Assembly: GCA_964016885.1 (NCBI GenBank)
Contig: CAXHJY010000126.1
Location: forward strand, 2,367 to 66,366
Source: Eledone cirrhosa
Taxonomy: Eukaryota
Direction: 5' to 3'
DNA: 64,000 nt
The translations under genes and the position numbers were made by a program. This document shows positions 56,184 through 64,000 of the stretch, in pieces. Position 1 is the first letter of the stretch. Every line of letters starts with the position of its first letter. The notes beneath the pieces were generated by a model. That model was not told the DNA's origin, did no database searches, and saw nothing but the letters and a program-made list of their open reading frames with translations.

Positions 56184-56908
56184 AGGAGGTGAGTTTTATT
56201 GTAGCACAATAAAGCAATGCAAATATCGGATAAGTAGCACTCTACAGTTTGTAGGACTGGAGTATAAATAATATAAGATCAAAAGATGGTTAAAAGAGTT
56301 CCAAGTATTTTATTATGCGTATTTCAAAAACAAATATCATCATGGGATGATATCTGCGTTCTCATCAGATAAAATAGGGAGACATGATATGAAGCTTAAA
56401 AAACACTTGTGACCAGTGAAGTTTTAAATCAACATATGAAAAATAAACTAAGATGGATATATGAGATTGGGAAAAAGTGAGGGGGGCTGGAAAAGGTAAG
56501 AGTAAAGGATGGTGGAGGAGGAGTATAAGAAGGAAGGATGAGAGAGGAGGAGAGATGGGTGATAGAGAGAGAGAGAGATAGTCTTTACAACTGAGAAAAA
56601 ATATTGTCTCACAGAGAGAAATTTAAAAAGCCGTTGGAAGATAATAGATAATTTAAAAGATTTTGAAATTAAAAGTTAATGAGGTTTATGCATGAAGAAA
56701 AAGGAATTAAGAAAAGTATTAAATTAAGGTTTGTATATTGAAGGGTTTAATAATATGTGCGAAGAAAAGAATTTATTAATATGTAGTCTTTATCATGTCT
56801 CCCTATTTTATCTGATGAGAACGCATATATCATCCCATGATGATATTTGTTTTTGAAATGCGCATAATAAAATACCTGGAACTCTTTTAACCATCTTTTG
56901 ATCTTATA
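56184..56908. mobile_element. Non-coding fold-back derivative of the family F Penelope-like 3' end
   Basis: Homologous to the 3' UTR and tail of 40711-44417; arms 56270-56389/56791-56908; tail on the left only; HHRs at 56306-56376 (-) and 56804-56874 (+). Confidence 0.9.
56804..56874 (+). ncRNA. Type I hammerhead ribozyme (family F)
   Basis: TATTTTAT-CTGATGA-GAACGCATATATCATC ccat GATGATATTTGTTTTT-GAAA-TGCGCA-TA-ATAAAATA; stem II substitutions relative to 44224 keep pairing. Confidence 0.85.
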
Positions 56909-56930
56909 TATATATATATATATATATATA

Positions 56931-57144
56931 GTGGTAGAACACTGGAAGGTAATATCCGTAGTGGTAGAGCACTCAGTCCATGGGACGAGTTAGGTAGAAG
57001 TGGTTACACAACAGTTAGTTCGCCACACCGAGAACAATTGATCAACCTTAGTGGATCCTCACCTCGTGATTACGAACTGAGGATCCGCTAAGGTGAAACA
57101 ATTGTTCTCGGTATGGTGAACTAACTGTTGTGTAACCACTTCTA
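56931..57144. mobile_element. Fold-back mini-element (family H) with HHR-like fold at 57073-57110 (+)
   Basis: Arms 56995-57061/57078-57144, tail 56931-56994; CGAA-CTGAGGA-TCC gctaa GGT-GAAA-CAATTG-TT-CTCG. Confidence 0.75.
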
Positions 57145-58005
57145 TATATATGCATATATATACATACACACATATACATATATACATATATACATATATA
57201 TATACATATATATATATAATTTAAAAATCTAATGTATAAAAACGAGATTTACTTTTCAAATGAAAGAGAAGAAAACTACTAAGTAAAAATGACAAGTCAT
57301 AAATATATAATAGAAGAAGCTGTCCATAGCGGGTGTATGTGATAGAATGGTAATGTGCTGTCTCCAGAAATCGCACACTAATAAATGATACTTAATACCA
57401 TATAACACTACATAACTTAGAACCTAATGTAATTCTTTCGTATGTAAATAACAAGTGATTATACTGTCCTCACAATCACACACACACATAAGTACATATG
57501 TATGTATGTTTGTATGCAGGTATGTATGTATGCATGTATGTATGTAAGCATGTATGTATGAATATATGTATATGCAGGTATGTATGTAAGTATGTATCTA
57601 TTTATGTATATGTGTATGCAGGTGTGTATGAATATAAATATGTATGCAGGTATGTATCCATGCGTGCGTTCCTGTATGTATTTCTTGTTTCGTATCTTCC
57701 ACGCTGCAGCGCCCTGGATTCTAAATAGAAACACGGCAGTGTTTATATATCTAATACTGTTGGTTGGTCTTTCTAACTGTGAGAATACGTAGAATATTCG
57801 TAAACTGAGAAGTTCTAATAAAACTGAAACATGCTCGCTGCTTTCACTTGCTTAATGACTATATATAATACCAATGCAGCTTATGAATAAAAGGCAAATT
57901 ACGAATGTTTCAACGAATGAAAGGCAAAGACATCAGTGTGTTTTGAACATGGAACACAAAGAACCGGAATAAATACTACAGGGCCTTTCGTCCGACTCTC
58001 TAACG

Positions 58006-58254
58006 CAGTGGTTCCAAAACTGTTCATCGCGAGATGTAACTAGATGCACTGCGAAAGATTACGTTTTCAGATGTGAAAAATACAAACTGAAATTCGTAAG
58101 AAACTCATATATAGTTGTCAAAATGGCAAACAAATAATGCTTAGTAACAAAGTTTGCGAAAAATAACACGATCTGTCATTTATGGTAAAAAGTGCGCCAG
58201 CATATTTTTACTTTTTTAAAAATGCGTCGTGTAAAGAAAGTGTGGGAACAACTA
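58006..58254. mobile_element. Degenerate hAT-type MITE inserted in a SINE relic
   Basis: CAGTGGTTCCAAAAC ... GTGTGGGAACAACTA; TSD-like CTCTAACG/TTCTAACT. Confidence 0.55.
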
Positions 58255-59371
58255 TTCTAACTCTTCTGCTTTTTTATCTGCCTTAGCATTTTGTTTATTT
58301 TAATCCTTTATTATCTGTTTTTAAGATCAACTAAAATGCCTATCAGTTTTCTGATTTACCACGCATGTAACTTTTGAATGCTCAGTCTGACTATTTAATA
58401 CAGTGTCTGATCAACAAAAACTGCAGATTCATTGAGTCGCTTTGTACTGAAAGGTGCTAGTAATGCTTTTGAGAGATTCATAAATGACACAATTTTAGTT
58501 TGCGTCTGTATAAACTTGTTACGCTGATTTTTTTTTTTTTGGTAGGGGGAGGGTGCTGTTGTTTTTTCATCACAGCAATTGTTTTAACTTCAAGACAATC
58601 ACTGATAAAAACCATTCCAACAACGATTGAATTTTATTTATGGGGGTATCAAGGGATTTTTAATCTAGCCTATATCTTCAAGATGGCGTTGGTCCGAATT
58701 TTGTAAAATGTGGCGTCTATGCCTATATAGTACGTCGAATCGCCATGTGAAGGCTCACTCAGTGGTTAATAAATATTTAACCATTTTAGTTGAGCAATGT
58801 TAGTGTCTGAAATATAAATCAGCTCCAGTGAGTTAATTGCATTTTGCTGTTTAGTCAGTAAAGGACGAGTAGTATCCAGAGCTTCCTAGACTGGTTAGGA
58901 GGGAGAGAGAACTATTTCTCAAAATTGAAACCTCTTTTGAATGTTTGCAACAGGATTAACCCCACTAAATATACCCAAGGACTATGCGGTGACTTTAAAC
59001 TATGTGGCCGATTAAATCCATTACTCTATTCCATAAACGACGGAGAGAAAGAAAGAGCACCTTGACGGACTAAATTATTTCTTAGGAAATAAAGTTTCTG
59101 TGGGAGAAATGCTAACAACTTCATATCATAAAAGCTGGATTTGTTACTAGAACAACTCCAAGGACAAACTGATGGGATATACAGTAGGAAACGGAAATAA
59201 ATATATATCTCTTGGTTAGTGGATTATTGGAATCATTAAAGTCCAGGACAAAAGGCTTTGCGATATTTTGTTGCAACCCTTTATGTTCCAAATTCAAATC
59301 CTGTAGTGGTTGACATTTCAGTTTTCTCTGTTCTTCTATGGTCAATGAACTAACTCCCAAAATGAACTGGG

Positions 59372-59414
<43 letters not shown>

Positions 59415-59416
<2 letters not shown>

Positions 59417-59737
59417 GAATATCTGTTGGTTGTTTACCGACACCTCAGTATGCAGGTAGGAGCATTCAACGAAGTGCGCAGGTTGGTTTGTTCACTCTGG
59501 AGTAATGTAAAATAAAATGCGTAAGTCAAACATATTAAAGTTGGCTTCGTTTATTCCAATTCGCTGCTATATATATTTCAGTGACAGCCATTATTGGCTG
59601 TGACCTCATCAGGCGGTAAGTATTTAGGCAGAAAAAAACAGGAAAACATGATGTTGTAATGGGTTCTACCCTGTTAATTCATCGATATGTCCAGCTCCAG
59701 TGTGCGTTGTTAGTCCTCAAAGGAACTGGAATCATAA
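59415..59737 (-). mobile_element. Family B element, single unit with tail; HHR at 59563-59617
   Basis: Diverged homolog of 26231-26731; ACCGC-CTGATGA-GGTCACAGCC aataat GGCTGTCACT-GAAA-TATATA-TA-GCAGC; (TA)n on both sides. Confidence 0.85.
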
Positions 59738-59757
59738 ATATATATATATATATATAT

Positions 59758-59958
59758 AGAATAAAGAAAGTGTGGTAAGATACCAGGTGGACCATAACGC
59801 ACCAGAGTACTCAATACTTAGAGTAGTAGAGTGGGTAATAGGAAAAGAGTCAGGACCCCGACGGCGGAGCTCCGGCCGTTTCGACAGCTAGATCCGAACT
59901 GTTCGGATCTAGCTGTCGAAACGGCCGGAGCTCAGCCGTCGGGGTCCTGACTCTTTAT
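59758..59958. mobile_element. Fold-back mini-element (family D), opposite orientation to 29164
   Basis: Arms 59844-59899/59901-59956; tail 59758-59843 is the reverse complement of the 29.3-kb tail. Confidence 0.9.
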
Positions 59959-59959
59959 C

Positions 59960-60042
<83 letters not shown>

Positions 60043-61856
60043 GTGTATATATATATATATATATGGATTTTAGTCTTCAAATTTATTATTAATATATATA
60101 TATATATATATATATATCTACACGTTCAAACATATGCACATACACACGATATTCGTGCCTATGTCAGTTATGTTGCTGCAATAGGAGGTTTACTTTCCAA
60201 TTACAAAGTTCTGGGTTCTAACCCTACATTTTTTGCTGTTAATAATTATTTCTCTAAAGTTATTTCCTGCATGTCATTGCTCATACATTTGATCCTGTAT
60301 GTCATTTGTACATACATTTGATCCTGTATGTCATTTGTACATACATGCTGAATATTTAAGTCATGATATTCTAGAAATAAAGTATCAAAATATAGTTTTC
60401 ATCTTCATTCACTTCCACGTGTCAGTGAGGAATATAAATTATAGTGTTTCTCTCATGCAAATCATTAATTTATCAAAACGACATTTCCCAGTTTGTATGA
60501 TAGTTCATATATCCGGCAATCCTGGTATATATGTCATACCAATCTTGGACTCCAAAAATGAAATATGTTCAATGCTGTTGTAGTTGTTATTGGCGGGTAC
60601 TCATCCACTAGTACTTAATATAACCAACAAGAATTCGCCATCTGTAAGAAGCATTTATTAAACAATGAGAAATATAAAAGAACATATGTGTGTGCGTGTG
60701 CGCGTGAGTGTTTGCATGCGCGCACGTGTGTGTGTGTGCGCGCGCGCGTTTGTGGGGTGTAAATATGTGTATGAGTGAGAGTCAGAAAGAGAAATTAGTT
60801 CTCCACATAATGTTACATATTTCTTATTCTTACATAATACCAACAAGCCCGACTATTTGCTTTTTACTGATGGTACTTAGAAACCTTGTTAAGATCTGAA
60901 ATAACTCATATCCAAAATCTCAGCATAAAAGCAAAAATAATTATTAGTCTGCACTAGAGTGAGTGCATAGGCCTATATGTATGAGAAATATATGTATTTG
61001 ATACTATTCTCATATTTTCTCACTTGTTTTCCTTCTTTTTTAACTCAAAGGAAACAAGAGAAATGTAACGGCACAAAAATCACAGGAAAAGTAATCATTC
61101 TTAAAATAAATATTGTTATTTTTCTAATTGAAACCCGATAGTCTATGTCGGAATATAACATTTTAAGGTCACGTGTGCAAGATTTATTACAGCTACCATT
61201 TATGTTTATTTATTCTTTCATATTTGGTTTATGCTTGAAGTAAGAAAAAATGAAAGCAAATGCCTATATAATTATTTTTCTTTGCTCTGTGGGTACTTTT
61301 CAGGCAACTATCTGAATCCAACGCATATACATCTCGGTTTTATTTATGTATACAATTCAATATAAAACATAACACCATACGTATAATCAAATATTCTCAG
61401 GTATATAGACGCTGGTGAATTTTTCTGCCAACAGAGCATTGGAATAAATATCAATCTTCTCTTTTTTCCTCTATTTTCTTTCTGAATTCAATATCCTCAA
61501 GAAGTGCTTATTACCTGTTTTTCCTTCACCGACGCAAGTTAAGTTAATTCAAAGAACATAAAGATAATCAAGGACATTTCAGCCGAGCTCATCCTGTTTT
61601 ATATTCAACCCTTTTCAAATGCGTTCATTTCTAAGATGTAAAGTAAGGATGGTTTCGAGCGACTAGTGACGCCGAATAGAGGCTTTCTTATTGGCTTCAG
61701 CTCAGTCCATTTAATTGATTTTGACCTTAAAAGAAATTGGAATACCCATGTGTACCAGAATCAATATAATACTTTAAACATTTGCGTTACATAAGTAGCG
61801 ATGAAATATTCATTTAGGATCATACAATATCAAATTTAGCAGGCACGCACACACAA

Positions 61857-61899
<43 letters not shown>

Positions 61900-62084
61900 G
61901 ATAAATCTACCAAGAGTTTACGGTAGTGTCCAATCCGTATGAAGAACTCAATGTATTCCGGATATCATGGAAAGAAGAGATGTAATGAAAAACCACTTTC
62001 GGTGAAAGATAAACGGTATACAGAGTCAAGATAAAATATTAAACAAATAATGAATAAACAATTCCTTATATTAAACAAAAAAAG

Positions 62085-62239
62085 TTCATTATTTAACGAT
62101 CGTTTCTAGGATATATATGTGTTAGAATTGGTATGCATATTCAACAGATCTATGTACAAAATTATACAAAATTATACAAATTATCAAGATTAAATATACA
62201 TACCAAACACATATATACGCCGTCTTCAGAAATAATGAA
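62085..62239 (-). ncRNA. Type I hammerhead-like fold with ~115-nt stem II (family I)
   Basis: TTCATTATTT-CTGAAGA-[long hairpin]-GAAA-CGATCG-TT-AAATAATGAA; ~190 nt upstream of the (TA)n run at 61858-61896. Confidence 0.7.
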
Positions 62240-62889
62240 GTATATTTATTGATAATAACAACAATTCAAAATTTCAGTTCAAAATTGACCAATGAAAACA
62301 CAAAGGGTTAAATGCAGTTCGGTGTGTGTATATACATGTAAAACCCTTACACATATTTTACAAAAATGTATGTATAATTTGTATACGCATACTAAAAGGA
62401 TGGATGCAAATACAAAATTTCAAGGTTAATGTCTCTGTAAGCTTACAATGCGCAGATAAGATGCGTATTGACACTAATGAAGTCAAGTATATAAATATAT
62501 TTTTTCATACTCACACATATCCGTACAATCACACATACACGCGCGTATATGCATAAATATACACATAACCACGAACATACAAACACACACACACCCCCAC
62601 TCACATTTATATATGTGGATATAAAATCATAAGCACATGGATATTAATTCACTCACATAAAACACTGGCACACACATTTTTAGATCAAGATACAGAAATT
62701 AGGTGGGAGGGGGGGGGGGTCAGTATTCAACTGTCTGAGCAGACTGCCTAATATAAATGTATCTATAAATTAAGAAAAATAAAAAAATAAAACAATAAAA
62801 TATAATAAATAAAACATTAAAGAGGAAAGAATAGAAAGAAAAACAGAAAAAAGAAAAAAGAAAAAAGAAAAAAGAAATATATCAAGAAA

Positions 62890-62917
62890 ATAAATATATA
62901 TATATATACACATATAT

Positions 62918-62959
<42 letters not shown>

Positions 62960-63158
62960 ATATATATATATACACAAAAACATACATATATATACACATA
63001 GACACACACATATCCATACATAAATATACACACATATATAAACACATACATACATATACACACATCCACACTAAGAACATACATATACACACATATATAT
63101 AAACATATACATATACACACATACATACATATACACATATACATACAAATACACATAC

Positions 63159-63220
<62 letters not shown>

Positions 63221-63602
63221 ATGTACATACACGTACATATACACACACATATACATATAATTACACATACTATATAGACACAGATATATATAACCACACA
63301 CATACATGCACATATACAACACTTACATACTAATATACATACAGATATACACATACATAGCTATAAATACACACAAATATATACAGACTTACATATATAC
63401 ACATACAGACAAATACTTACGCATCTATATATCGGTATATACATACAAACACCACTACACTATCACACAACTTAGAAATACAAAGAGAAAGGTATATACC
63501 TATACACACATACATATACAAATAGAAAAACATATAGATATATATATATATATATATATATACATACACACACATATACATATAGATATATATATATAAT
63601 AT

Positions 63603-63650
<48 letters not shown>

Positions 63651-63892
63651 CAAATACACATACATACACATACAGATATATACACATACATACATGTACA
63701 CACACATAGAAATATTTACGCATACACACATACACACATACATATACAGTCATACACACACATACACCTACACGAACATACACATACACATATATAAAGA
63801 TATATATATACACACACACACACGCAACACATACACACATACACATATATATAAAAAAAATAAATAATAAAGATATATACATATATATATAT

Positions 63893-63949
<57 letters not shown>

Positions 63950-64000
63950 CACCTAAATATACATACACATACATACACACATACATAGACATACATGTAC
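62890..64000. repeat. Degenerate (TA)n/(CA)n/(TACA)n low-complexity tract
   Basis: Directly visible. Confidence 0.95.

Overview
This is AT-rich, repeat-dominated eukaryotic (animal) DNA, probably intronic or intergenic, with no confidently identifiable host gene. The SINE content and huge (TA)n-derived satellites suggest a cephalopod such as Octopus (inference). Almost all Y/I-rich ORFs in the track are microsatellite artefacts. Real coding remnants are all retrotransposon-derived: a 5'-truncated, otherwise uninterrupted L1/Tx1-type LINE (29641-32796) plus an old relative, two Penelope-like elements (RT and/or GIY-YIG), and rearranged RTE-type fragments. tRNA-derived SINEs, hAT-like MITEs and a non-autonomous Helitron are also present. 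The main hidden signal is about 14 complete or near-complete type I hammerhead ribozyme (HHR) folds from about 8 unrelated sequence families, plus a ninth family retaining only a 3' half. Nearly all lie in short non-coding islands inside (TA)n arrays. These islands are mostly fold-back (inverted-arm) elements with a one-sided 60-95 nt tail, the same architecture as the protein-coding Penelope-like element at 40.7-44.4 kb. One island (53928-54520) is a terminally redundant 470-nt HHR unit, suggesting a circular or concatemeric (retrozyme-like) RNA template. One family carries a compensatory U3-A8 catalytic core. All folds were read by eye and none has been tested.
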